64,000 nucleotides of DNA from IMG/VR virus record IMGVR_UViG_3300035703_000027, positions 1 through 64,000 of that record; one strand, given 5' to 3'. The notes beneath the pieces were generated by a model. The model was not told where the DNA came from, ran no database searches, and saw only the letters and a list, made by a program, of their open reading frames with translations. Made by a program: the position numbers and the translations under genes. Source of the DNA: a virus. Positions 17,968 through 28,400 of this stretch are shown one piece after another. How positions within the stretch are numbered: the stretch's first letter is position 1; the number at the start of each line of letters is the position of its first letter.

Positions 17968-20520
17968 ATGCCGTACCGTGACATGCCCATCGAGCCCTGG
18001 ATGATCGACCTGATCAAGGCATTGATTCAGGTGCGCCAGCACACCCGCAAGGATGGCACGATGGTGCGGGCCCACCAGCGGAACATCCTGACGCACGGGG
18101 AAAAGAAAGACCTCGTTGGCAAGATGGCGGCGGCGCTGCGGGCACACGGCAAGCTGGACGTGTCCGAGCACAGCGCGCACCACGTGCACAAGGCTGCGGT
18201 CGAGGTCGCGCGGAAACTTAAGCGGCACGTGATGATACACCGCGACGCGGACGGCAAGCTGTACGTGCAGCACAATCACCCAGGCAACACGCCGCACATG
18301 ATGGTGTACCCCGACCTCATGACGGCTGTGCGGGACGGCAAGGGCGGCTCGCAGGAGGTTTACCACGAAGATGCCCAGCGCGCCCTGCGGGCCAAGAAGG
18401 GCAAGCAGATAGCGGCTGAGGGCAAGCCGGCAGAGAAGAAGGCCGTGGAGGCGACGAAGCCCGCCGAGCCCGAGCACCCCGGCATGCTGGCTGACAAGCA
18501 CCTGATGACCTACGCGCAGTACCGGCAGAGCGCGTGGGGCGACCTCACGGGCCCGACCACGGTGTCGTCGCACAAGAACGCCATTCGCGAGGCGCTGAAG
18601 GCCGGCAAGGAAGTGCCCGCGCACGTGATGAACGAGCACGAGGGGTACGGCCACCAGGCGAAGAAGGAGATCGCGGAGAGCCGCGAACGGGTGAAGAACT
18701 CGGAGCGCATCGCCAAGGAGCGCGGCTGGACCACCGACTCGGACTACGCGGGCGAGAAGAAGATGGCCCGGGACGAGGCGAAGCGGGAGAAGGCGGCGGC
18801 GAAGGGCCAGAAGCCCGCGGCGCCCGAAAGCCCTATTGGGCCTGCTACCCCCGAGAGTGTGCGCCCTGGCGACGTTATCCAGCACGCGAGCAGTGGCCAT
18901 AAGTACACCGTGGTGAACCCGGGCACTGGCGATCAGTCGGCACTGGTGTATGACCACCAGGCCAAGCGCCTGACGCCTCGTTCTTTCAATAAGATGAGCC
19001 ATACCGGAGAAGTCAGAAAAGACCACCTCGGCGTCCTGGCGAACTACAAGCCCAAGCCGGCCTCATCGGGCAAAACGGGTGCAGCCACGCTGGGAAATAC
19101 CAAGCCGGGCGACTGGGTTGTGGATGGGAATGGAACACCGCGGCAGGTGGTGGAGGTTGAACCCGAATGGGAGGGTTCGCGCGGTGGTCGCATCACCACG
19201 TACAACCAGGAACTGAATCACCCCAGCGACCATTTCTTCGGCAATCATGACGAAGAAGATGAAAGCCCTTTGCGTCATTATGGGCCGGAAAAAAAGAGCC
19301 GCAAGCCTAGTCCGGCCGCGTTCGGCAACCCCACGCACGCTCTTTTGCAGCTCATCGCGGACCACCCGCGCACGGTGAAGAAGCCGGGGCTCGACTTGGA
19401 CGGTGCGGCAGCCGTTCTTGGCGGGAGCCCCGCGAGCTTCCACCCCAAGATGGGAAAGGAGCGGGCCAGAGCGCTCAAAAACCACCCTGCGTTTGGGGTG
19501 GATAGACCATCGAAAGCCCTCGACACCGTGAAGGACGCGATGGGTCAGGGCCTGCTGCAACGGGTTTCGGGGGGGGTTGCTGTCCGGGGCCTCAGCCTGA
19601 CCGAAAAGGGCAAGGCGCGCCTGGCGGAAATGTCGGATGCCGCAAGCAAAGCGGGGCCGAAGCCTGCGCCCAAGAAGATCCACACCTACGGCCTGCAACC
19701 CGATAGCCTGGTCCGGGACCACCTGCCGCCGGGGCGTGTCGGCGTGAGCCCACACCCGGTGTTTGCCCATGGCGCTGTCGAGTACGATCGCGAGCTGACG
19801 CCCGAGGAGGTCAGCCATTATGGGCTGGACCGCCTGACCAGCAAGGGGCGGTCGGAAATCCGCGAGGATCGGAAGGCTGCGGAGGTGCTGGGCAACGAGC
19901 CGAAGGACATCAACGCGGAGTACCTGCACGCCACCCTGGACATGTCGAAGGAGGACCACCCGGCGGAGTTTGCCGAGGCCCTCGAACACCTGAAGGAGCG
20001 CCGGCCCGACCTTGCCGACTCGATCGCCGCGTGGGAACAGCGAACGGGCGGCAGTGAAGCCAAGCCTGAGCCGGCAACCAAAAAGGCCGGCCCCGCCTCG
20101 TTCAGTAGCCCGACCCACGCCATGTTGCAGCTCATCGCCGACCACCCGCAAACGGCACAAAAGTCGGGGCTCAGCCCGCTCATGGTCGAATACGCCATGC
20201 GGGGCGAGCACATCGGGCGTTCCCAGGTGAAGGGCGTCGGGGAGCATCCGGCGTTCGGGCACCTCAAAGACGGAGGCGCGGGCGAGGCGGCTGACCTCGT
20301 GAGCCGCGCGCTGAGCGAGGGCCTCGTGGCTCCCAAGGCGGGCCTTTACCCAGGCCTCGGTCTTACCACTAAGGGCCAGGCGCGCCTCGCCGAGTTGGGC
20401 GGCACGCCTGCGCCACGGGCCAAGCGCGCGCCGGAGCCGGCGCCCAAGGCGGACCCGGCGTCCAGCCTCGCCAAGTCGTGGCGGTTCGCCGGGGGCGGTG
20501 CCGGCGGCGGCGACGCCTGA
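17968..20520 (+). CDS. Leader-cargo protein 1: two RQC-like winged helices and a DarA_C-like domain
   Basis: LIKALIQVRQHTRKDG leader; HPAFG...GL.LT.KG.ARL twice; YGLQP...HGAVEYDRELTPEEV. Confidence 0.75.
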   Translation: MPYRDMPIEPWMIDLIKALIQVRQHTRKDGTMVRAHQRNILTHGEKKDLVGKMAAALRAHGKLDVSEHSAHHVHKAAVEVARKLKRHVMIHRDADGKLYVQHNHPGNTPHMMVYPDLMTAVRDGKGGSQEVYHEDAQRALRAKKGKQIAAEGKPAEKKAVEATKPAEPEHPGMLADKHLMTYAQYRQSAWGDLTGPTTVSSHKNAIREALKAGKEVPAHVMNEHEGYGHQAKKEIAESRERVKNSERIAKERGWTTDSDYAGEKKMARDEAKREKAAAKGQKPAAPESPIGPATPESVRPGDVIQHASSGHKYTVVNPGTGDQSALVYDHQAKRLTPRSFNKMSHTGEVRKDHLGVLANYKPKPASSGKTGAATLGNTKPGDWVVDGNGTPRQVVEVEPEWEGSRGGRITTYNQELNHPSDHFFGNHDEEDESPLRHYGPEKKSRKPSPAAFGNPTHALLQLIADHPRTVKKPGLDLDGAAAVLGGSPASFHPKMGKERARALKNHPAFGVDRPSKALDTVKDAMGQGLLQRVSGGVAVRGLSLTEKGKARLAEMSDAASKAGPKPAPKKIHTYGLQPDSLVRDHLPPGRVGVSPHPVFAHGAVEYDRELTPEEVSHYGLDRLTSKGRSEIREDRKAAEVLGNEPKDINAEYLHATLDMSKEDHPAEFAEALEHLKERRPDLADSIAAWEQRTGGSEAKPEPATKKAGPASFSSPTHAMLQLIADHPQTAQKSGLSPLMVEYAMRGEHIGRSQVKGVGEHPAFGHLKDGGAGEAADLVSRALSEGLVAPKAGLYPGLGLTTKGQARLAELGGTPAPRAKRAPEPAPKADPASSLAKSWRFAGGGAGGGDA

Positions 20521-20536
20521 ACCCCTGCGCACGGCC

Positions 20537-21790
20537 ATGAGGCGTCACCCCACCCCCGCCGCCCCCTCCCCGGGGGTGGCGGACCTGGAGGCCCTGTTCA
20601 AGGCGATCGTCCAGGTGCGGGCGCACACCCGCAAGGACGGCTCGCAGGTGCGGGCCCACACCCGCACCATCGCGGACACGGCCGCCATCGTCGAGGGCCT
20701 CGCGCAGCGCCTGAAACACGGCGAGGCGATCGCGCACGCGACGGCGGGCTCGGCCCTCACGCTGGCGCGGCACGCGTCCACGGCCAACGAGAGGCCGGCG
20801 TTCGCCTACCGGCACCCCGCCGGGCACTGGGTCGCCACCCACGACCACCGGCACCTGCCCCACGCCCACCACCGGATCGTGGCGTCGGGGGGCAAGGCCA
20901 CGCTGACCCGCCCGGGCCAGCCGCCCAAGCCCCTGCCGGAGACGCCCCCCGAGGTGGCGCCGCTCGACCACGCCCCGCCGGCGCACGTGCACCGCGAGCT
21001 GGTGGGCAGCGGCAGCACGGGCGAGGTGTACCGCGAGGGCCAGGAGGTCGTGAAGCAGGCGCAGATGGCGTGGGGCGCCAAGGACGGCGTGAGCGTCGAG
21101 GGCCAGGTCTATGCGGCCCTGGCGGGCACGCCCGGCATCGCCGCCGGGCGGCAGGAGGGGAACCAGATTCGCCTGCCGTGGTATCCCGCCATTGTCAGCG
21201 TGGACGCCGTGAAGCCGGGCGATCGCGCGCAGTTCGCGGCGGTCGTCCGGCCCAACGTGGCGCGCATCAACCAGGCCGTCAGCGCCCTGTCCGAGCGCGG
21301 GTACTACTACGCCGACCCCCTCCAGTTCGGCATGCGCGACGGCCACATGGATCTGCTCGACTTCAGCAACGTGCACGAGAAGCCGGTGGACAGCCCCACG
21401 GACGATCCCCGGAGCCTGAACCTAACCCTGCTGGGGATGTTCTACAAGGAGTTCGGGCTGCCCGACGAGGCCAAGAAGGTCGGCGTGGCAGGGCGGGCCC
21501 GGAAGGCGGTCATGTACTTCGTGTGGAACAAGGGACGCGACCTCCACGACCTGATGGTGCAGGTGCACGGAGGGCCCATCAAGGGCCAGCACGAGCGCCT
21601 GCTCGACGAGCTGCAAGGCGAGCCGCCGCGCTGCGTCTACTACGGCGACGCCGCGCCCGAGGGGCTGCCAGCGGGCGCCGCGCACGTCGAGGTGGACGGC
21701 GTGCACGTGGTGCTGTCGGGCAAACCGCTGCCACCCGAGGCGATCGCGCGGGGCGGGCTGACGCCGCTGGTGCACCCGACCAAGGCGTAG
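20537..21790 (+). CDS. Leader-cargo protein 2: protein-kinase-like domain
   Basis: LFKAIVQVRAHTRKDG leader; GSGSTGEVY, VVK, YYADP, LLDFS. Confidence 0.7.
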   Translation: MRRHPTPAAPSPGVADLEALFKAIVQVRAHTRKDGSQVRAHTRTIADTAAIVEGLAQRLKHGEAIAHATAGSALTLARHASTANERPAFAYRHPAGHWVATHDHRHLPHAHHRIVASGGKATLTRPGQPPKPLPETPPEVAPLDHAPPAHVHRELVGSGSTGEVYREGQEVVKQAQMAWGAKDGVSVEGQVYAALAGTPGIAAGRQEGNQIRLPWYPAIVSVDAVKPGDRAQFAAVVRPNVARINQAVSALSERGYYYADPLQFGMRDGHMDLLDFSNVHEKPVDSPTDDPRSLNLTLLGMFYKEFGLPDEAKKVGVAGRARKAVMYFVWNKGRDLHDLMVQVHGGPIKGQHERLLDELQGEPPRCVYYGDAAPEGLPAGAAHVEVDGVHVVLSGKPLPPEAIARGGLTPLVHPTKA

Positions 21791-21798
21791 GGCGCCCT

Positions 21799-21838
21799 GG
21801 CAAACCGTGGCCGCGGGGCGCCGGCCCGGGGCTACGAT
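21799..21838 (+). promoter_or_regulatory. Class B promoter-like motif
   Basis: GGCAA-N29-TACGAT. Confidence 0.75.
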
Positions 21839-21856
21839 GGGGCCGGAGGATTCCCC

Positions 21857-23584
21857 ATGCTGCTCGTCCCCGTGCGCGCGTCGCTGCCCCTGCCGGCGTT
21901 CTTCGACCTGTGGAAGGCCATGATCCAGGTCAAGGCCCACACCCGCCGGGACGGCACCCAGGTGCGGGCGCACACCCGTAACATCCAGTCCCATGCGGAG
22001 CGCAAAGAGCTGGTGACGGCCCTCGCGCGCAAGATGGCCGCGGGCGAGCACACGCGGCACGCCACCCTGGCGTCCGCGGTGGGGGCCGCGCGGCACGCGT
22101 CCAAGGTCAACGGGAAGGCCGTGCACGTGTACGAACACCCGGAAGGTGGCTGGGTGGCGACGCACGACGAGACGCACACGGAGGGCCACGACGAGCGCAT
22201 CGTCGCGCACAAGGGCAAGGCGCGCCTGCACCGGCGCGGCGAGGCCTCGCTCGGGCTTGCGCACCTCAAGGGGCCCATCGCGGAGCACGTCGAGAAGCCC
22301 GCGCCGGCGCCCAAGGTGAAGAAGCCACGGCCCAAGGCCGCCCCCAGGCAGCGCCCGGAGGCCGCCGCGAAGCAGACGCCTGCGGTCAACCCCAAGCTCG
22401 CGGGCCTCGACAACGTGCTGCACCACGTCGAGGGCAGCCACACCGTGGCCGCCATCCACCCGTCAAAGATCCAGGTGGACGCCAACGCCTACCAGTTCAA
22501 GGGCGGCGGAGACTCCCACGGCGTGACGGACCGGCTGCGGAGCGTCCAGAAGTGGGACTACATGGCAGGCGCCATGAACCCGGTCATGGTGCACAAGCGC
22601 AACGACGGCAGCATGTACGTGGTGGACGGCCACCAGCGCACCGGACTTGCCCGGCGCCTGCTGGCCGAGGGGCACGACGTGCCGGCGCTGAACGCCGTGG
22701 TGTTCCACGAGGCCGACGGCTACACCGTGGGCGAGATGAAGCGCATGGGGGCGCTCGCCAACATCCAGCAGGGCACGGGCACGGCGGTGGACGTTGCCAA
22801 GGTGCTGCGGGAGCGCCCGCTGTCCGAGGCGGAGCGCGCCACCATCCCGGCGGGGTCGAACGAGGCGTTCAAGGACGGCGAGGATCTCGCGCGGCTGTCG
22901 GACGAGGCCTTCACCTACGTGGCGAACCAGAAGCTGCACCACGACCCCAAGAAGAACGCCGCGTTCGGCGCCATCGTCGCGCGGGCCTTCAGTGAGCCCG
23001 GGCAGCAGCTCGCGGCGCTGCAAGAGCTGGCGAAGGACAGGCCGGCCGGACGGCAGGAAGCCGAAGACATGGTGCGGGAGATCAAGGCGGCGGGGTTCGC
23101 GTCGGCAAACCAGGCCACGCTGTTCGGCGTCGAACAGTACCAGGAAACCCTGCACAAGCCCATCGCCAAGATCCTGGGCAACGTGCGCCGGCGCCTGGCC
23201 GACGAGAAAAACGCGCTGGGCAACGCCATCCGCAACCGGGCCCGGCTGGAGGCGCGCGGCAGCCAGATTGACGCCGGCCAGGCCGCCGAAGGCAAGCAGC
23301 AGGCGGACGCGTTGGTGGGCGTGCTGAATGTGGTACACGACAAGTCGGGCGCGTTCCGCGAGGCGCTCAAGGCGTCCGCGCGCGGCCTGAAGGAGGGAGC
23401 GTTCAATGAGCGACAAGCAACCGATGCCGTCATCAGCGCCCTCGAACGAGAGTTCGAGCAGCTCAAACCGGGTGGTGCAGGGCCTTCAGATTTACCAGGC
23501 GGTGGGCGAGGCGATGAAGAAGGTCGCGAAGAAGGCCCGCGGCCGGTCGTCATAGACCCCGGCCAGGCGTCCATGTTCGGCTGA
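21857..23584 (+). CDS. Leader-cargo protein 3: ParB/Srx-like domain
   Basis: LWKAMIQVKAHTRRDG leader; IQVDANAYQFK...KWD...MYVVDGHQRTG. Confidence 0.75.
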   Translation: MLLVPVRASLPLPAFFDLWKAMIQVKAHTRRDGTQVRAHTRNIQSHAERKELVTALARKMAAGEHTRHATLASAVGAARHASKVNGKAVHVYEHPEGGWVATHDETHTEGHDERIVAHKGKARLHRRGEASLGLAHLKGPIAEHVEKPAPAPKVKKPRPKAAPRQRPEAAAKQTPAVNPKLAGLDNVLHHVEGSHTVAAIHPSKIQVDANAYQFKGGGDSHGVTDRLRSVQKWDYMAGAMNPVMVHKRNDGSMYVVDGHQRTGLARRLLAEGHDVPALNAVVFHEADGYTVGEMKRMGALANIQQGTGTAVDVAKVLRERPLSEAERATIPAGSNEAFKDGEDLARLSDEAFTYVANQKLHHDPKKNAAFGAIVARAFSEPGQQLAALQELAKDRPAGRQEAEDMVREIKAAGFASANQATLFGVEQYQETLHKPIAKILGNVRRRLADEKNALGNAIRNRARLEARGSQIDAGQAAEGKQQADALVGVLNVVHDKSGAFREALKASARGLKEGAFNERQATDAVISALEREFEQLKPGGAGPSDLPGGGRGDEEGREEGPRPVVIDPGQASMFG

Positions 23585-23605
23585 GCGCCAGCCGCTTCCG
23601 GGCGT

Positions 23606-23645
23606 GGCAAAACGCGACCGCGGGGCGCCACGCCGGGGCTACGAT
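23606..23645 (+). promoter_or_regulatory. Class B promoter-like motif
   Basis: GGCAA-N29-TACGAT. Confidence 0.75.
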
Positions 23646-23664
23646 GGGGCCGGAGGATTGCCCC

Positions 23665-25467
23665 ATGCTGCTCGTCCCCGCGCGCCCGTCGCTGTCTTTG
23701 CTGGCCTTCTTCGACCTCTGGAAGGCCATGATCCAGGTCAAGGCGCACACGCGCAAGGACGGGACCCAGGTCAAGGCGCATACGCGCAACATCCAGTCGC
23801 GCGCCGAGCGCAAGGAGCTGGTGGCGGCCCTCGCGCGCAAGATGGCGGACGGCGCGCACACGCGCCACGCCACGCTGGCGTCGGCCGTCGGGGCAGCCCG
23901 GTACGCCTCGAAGGCGAACGGCAAGGCCGTGCACGTGTACGAGCATGCCGAGGGCGGGTGGGTCGCGACCCATGACGCCAGCCACACCGAGGGCCACGAC
24001 GAGAAGATTGTGGCCCACAAGGGCAAGGCGCGCCTGCATCGGGCCGGCGAGGCCTCGCGCAGCCTGGCGCACCTCAAGGGACCGATCGCGGAGCACGTCG
24101 CAAAGCCGGCGCCCGCGCCCAAGGTGAAGCCGGCCCGGCCCAAGGCGGAGAAGAAACCCGCCCCGGAGGCCACGCCCAAGCGCTACACCTACGGCCTCCA
24201 GATGCGGCCCCCGTCGATCGGGGCGGTGCCGAAGGACTACGTGGGGCTGGAGCCGCCCAACGAGCACTTCCGGCACGGCCTCATTCACTACGATCGCGAG
24301 CTGACGCCCGAGGAGGTCAAGAGCTACGAACTGGACCACCTCACGAGCAAGGGGCGCTCGCAGGCGCGCGAGGACATGAAGGCCTCGAACGTGTTCCTCG
24401 GCACGGAGCCGATGAAGATCACGGCCGAGCACCTGGACGCCACCCTCGACATGGCGAAGGAGGACAATCCGGGCGCGTTCGACGAGGCCCTGGAGCACCT
24501 CAAGGAACGCCGGCCGGACCTCGCCGGGGCGATCGCGGCGTGGGAGAAGAAAGCGGGCGGGGCGCCGGAGCCCGCGCAAGGCGACGCGCCTGCCGAGACG
24601 GCTATGGCCCGGGGCTGGCCCGGCGCGGCTGCGCAGGACAACGGCAAGGCCGGGAAGCCGGTGCACCCGAGCACCTTGGCGGCGGGCGACATGCTGATGG
24701 GACAGCACCCGGGTGGTCAATTCCAGACCCTGGTGGTGCTGGCAGACCCCACCGTGAAGCCCGAAGGCCAGTTCGTGATCGAGAATGAGGACGGCCGTCA
24801 GCTCAGGGTGGACGGCGGGTTTTTCAAGCGGCCTGGCATATCCTGGACGCACGCCGGCCAGGCCTACCCCGAGGCCACGCCGCAGGCCGCGGGGCAGGAC
24901 TCCCAGGTGCGCGCCATCGTCGAGCGGAGCGGCGGCACGCTGCTGTCCGGCCCCTCGCCCAAGGTGCGCACCCCCAAGTACGACAAGCTTGCGACCGACA
25001 AGTCCGGCCGCTTCCACATCTACGACCAGCGGCTCGCGCTCGTGGGGCGGGAAAGGCCCAACCTGCTGTCCAAGAAGGCCGAGGCCTTCGGCAGTGCCGA
25101 TGTCCCCTACGTCAAGGCCGACCCCAAGGCGATGCGGATGGTCAGCGAGGTCGCGTTCTTCCCTGCGACAGCATCCGACAAGGCGCACAAGCTTCAGGGG
25201 ATCACGGCGCTGTCAGACGGCACCATGGTCAACACCGGCCACTTGCAAGCGCTGCGCAGCGCGTTCCCCGACGCCACGCTGCACGTGCTGCCGCCAGGCG
25301 ACCCGCTGGCCGGCAACGCCTACACCACGATGGTGTATGCCATCGGGAGGATGGGCGAACTGGTCGGGTTTATGGGGTCGGTGGGCGCGGAGGAGCCGCA
25401 CCTGCGACAGTTGAGCGCCGCCCTCAAGGGAGCGACCACCAGCCGCCCCGCGCCCGTCGCACGCTGA
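23665..25467 (+). CDS. Leader-cargo protein 4: DarA_C-like domain and unknown C-terminal domain
   Basis: Leader; YTYGLQMRPPSIGAVPK...RHGLIHYDRELTPEEVKSYEL. Confidence 0.75.
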   Translation: MLLVPARPSLSLLAFFDLWKAMIQVKAHTRKDGTQVKAHTRNIQSRAERKELVAALARKMADGAHTRHATLASAVGAARYASKANGKAVHVYEHAEGGWVATHDASHTEGHDEKIVAHKGKARLHRAGEASRSLAHLKGPIAEHVAKPAPAPKVKPARPKAEKKPAPEATPKRYTYGLQMRPPSIGAVPKDYVGLEPPNEHFRHGLIHYDRELTPEEVKSYELDHLTSKGRSQAREDMKASNVFLGTEPMKITAEHLDATLDMAKEDNPGAFDEALEHLKERRPDLAGAIAAWEKKAGGAPEPAQGDAPAETAMARGWPGAAAQDNGKAGKPVHPSTLAAGDMLMGQHPGGQFQTLVVLADPTVKPEGQFVIENEDGRQLRVDGGFFKRPGISWTHAGQAYPEATPQAAGQDSQVRAIVERSGGTLLSGPSPKVRTPKYDKLATDKSGRFHIYDQRLALVGRERPNLLSKKAEAFGSADVPYVKADPKAMRMVSEVAFFPATASDKAHKLQGITALSDGTMVNTGHLQALRSAFPDATLHVLPPGDPLAGNAYTTMVYAIGRMGELVGFMGSVGAEEPHLRQLSAALKGATTSRPAPVAR

Positions 25468-25471
25468 CGCC

Positions 25472-28400
25472 ATGACCCGCATCCACCTGCCCCTCATCGC
25501 CAACCCCGATCGCCGCCTGGCCCTGCTCAAGGCCATGGTGCAAGTCCGCACGCACACGCGGGCGGACGGCGCCACGGTGCAGGGCTACACCCGCGAGCAG
25601 CAGACCGCCCCGGAGCGCGCCGAGCTGGTGGACCACCTCGCGCGGACCCTCAAGGCCGGCGGCCGGGAGGCCGTGCAGGTGCTCGGGCCCGCGGACGCCC
25701 ACCGCACCGCCGTCGCGATCGCCCGCAAGAACCGCAAGCCGGTGCACCTGCACCACGCCCGGGACGCGTGGCGCTTCAGCCACCGCAAGCCGCCCGGGCG
25801 GGCCTGCCACGAGGTGCACCGCCACCACACGGTGGCCCACGCGGCCGGCGAGGCCCCGCGCAAGCTGACGCACCGCCAGGCGCGCGAGGCCCTCAAGGCC
25901 GCGCACCAGCCACCGCCGGCCCCGGTGCCGGGGGCGGAGACGACCCGGCTGGCGCACGTGTACCACCACGTCCCCGGCTCGCACACCCTCGCGGCGGTGG
26001 AGCCCGGGCGCATCGAGGTGGACCCGGGCGCCTACCAGCACCGCGCGGGCGCCAACGCCCGCGGGGAGGTGCGCGCCTGGGACGGCCCCGAGGCATGGGA
26101 TCCGGCGCACAGCTACAAGCCCGTGCTGCTGCACCGGCGCCGGAACGGCAAGCTCTACATGGTGGACGGCCACCACCGCCTCGCGCAGGCCCACCGGCTG
26201 CTCAAGGCCGGGCACGCCCTGCCGCCCATGAACGCCGTCATCCTGAGCGAGAAGGACGGTTACACCCCCGCGCACATGCGCGCCATCAACGCGCTGGCGG
26301 CCCAGAGGAGCGACGACGATGCCCAAACAACCCCACCCCAAGGTCCAGCAGGGGCTGGCAATCTACCAGCAGGTGCAGGCGGCCCTGACACCCAAGCCGG
26401 CTGGCAGCCCGTCGGCGCCGGCAACACCGGCACGGTCTACCGGGACGGCGCCGAGGTCGTAAAGCGCACCGTGACCACGGACGGCGCCCGGACGGCCGAG
26501 GGCGACGTGTACGACGCCCTGCGGGGCACCCCGGGCATCGCCCCGGGCTACCGGGACGGCGACGCCATCCGGCTGCCCCACTACCCCACGATCCTGAGCA
26601 CGGACGCCGTGCCGGCCGAGGCGCGCGCGCGGCACGCCGCGGCCCTACGGGCGAACGCCCCGCGCCTCAACGCGGCGGTTCATGCCCTCTCCGAGGCCGG
26701 CTACAACTACGCGGACCCGTTGCAGGCCGGGCTCGACGCCGACGGCACGCTGCACCTGCTCGACTTCAGCAACGCGCACCGGCGCGGCCCCGCGGACCTG
26801 ACGCACGCCGACAACAACGGCTACCTCCAGGCCTACTACCGGGCCTTCGGGCTCGACGACCTCGCGGCGCAGGTGGGCGCCGCCCACCACGCCCGGCGCG
26901 CCATGGGGGCGATCGCCGGGGCGGAGCGGGAGCTGGCGGACGTGGGACTCTCCGAGGACGAGCTGGCGGCGGAGCGGGACCTCACGGCGCAGATGCACGG
27001 GGCGCACATCCACGCCCACCACGACCGGATGCGGCGCGAGTTGGCGGGCGAGCCGCGTTACAGTTACGTGGGCACGGCGCACCCGGGCAAGCTGCCCATC
27101 GGGACCACGCACGTCGAGGCCCCGGGCGGGCACCACGTCGTGCTGGCCGCGCACCCGCTGGACGCGGAGGCGATCGCGCGGCATGGGTTGCTGCCGGTGG
27201 AACATCCGGCCGTGACGCCCGAGGGGGGCGCGGCCGACGCCATGGCCCTCGCGCGCCTGGAGGCCCTGCACCAGGCCGAGCAGGGGCAGGCGGCGCCGGT
27301 GGCCGACGCGCTGGAGAAGGGCGGGCTCGGAGCCGACGCGCGCGGCCTGAGCGTGGACGCGCTGCTGGACATGCTCAAGGCCTTGATTCAGGTGAAGGCC
27401 CACACCCGCCGGGACGGGACGCAGGTGCGGGCCCACACGCGCAACATCCAGTCGCGGGCGGAGCGTCAGGAGCTGGTGGACGCGCTGGCGCGCCGGATGG
27501 CCGAAGGGGATCACACGCGGCACGCCACGCTGGCGTCAGCCGTCGGGGCGGCCCGGCACGCGTCGAAGGTCAACGGGAAGGCCGTGCACGTGTACGAACA
27601 CGCCGAGGGCGGCTGGGTCGCGACGCACGACGCCAGCCACACCGAGGGCCACGACGAGCGGATCGTGGCGGTGAAGGGCCGGGCGCGGCTGCACCGGGCG
27701 GGCGAGGCATCGCGAAGCCTGGCGCACCTCAAGGGGCCCATCGCCGAGCACGTCGAGAAGCCCGCGCCCGAGCCGAGGGTCAAGAAGCCCCGGCCGAAGG
27801 TGGAGAAGAAGCCCGCCCTGCCGGATACGCCAGCGGGCCGGCTCGCTGGCGCGTACTTGGCGACCGCCCACGAGAGCCGGCGCGAGGCGGAAAGCCGCTT
27901 CTACGAGCTGCTTGAGAAGCGCGAGGCGAGTGGCGAGAAGGTGCCTACCACGGGTGGCCTGCCCACCTACTACAACGACGCCACGGGGCAGTTCCTGGAG
28001 GCGCTTGAGGCGGACATGGAGGCGCATGGCGGTGAGGTGTCGCGCCATGTTGAGGCAGCGGGGTTCCGCCTGCTGGATCGCGACGAGGCGAGCCGATTGG
28101 CCCAGGCCTACGACCAGTCGCAGCAAGAGCGGGCGTGGGAGTCGGAGATGGCCCGGTACACGCCGCAAAGCCTAGCAGACGAGTACGAGGCCCACGCAGG
28201 TGCAACCGACGCCGAGGCCCGGGAGAACTACAGTGCCCAAGAGGCGCGTCGCGCTGAACAGGGCGCGCAGATGAAAGGGGCCAAGCTGGAGTTCATGCAC
28301 GCCGAAACCGGGCGCGCCATGTATGTGGCAGATGAGGACAGCAAGCGCATGGGCGACGAGCTGCTGCGCAGGGGCTGGCGTCCAATTTCATGGGAGGAGA

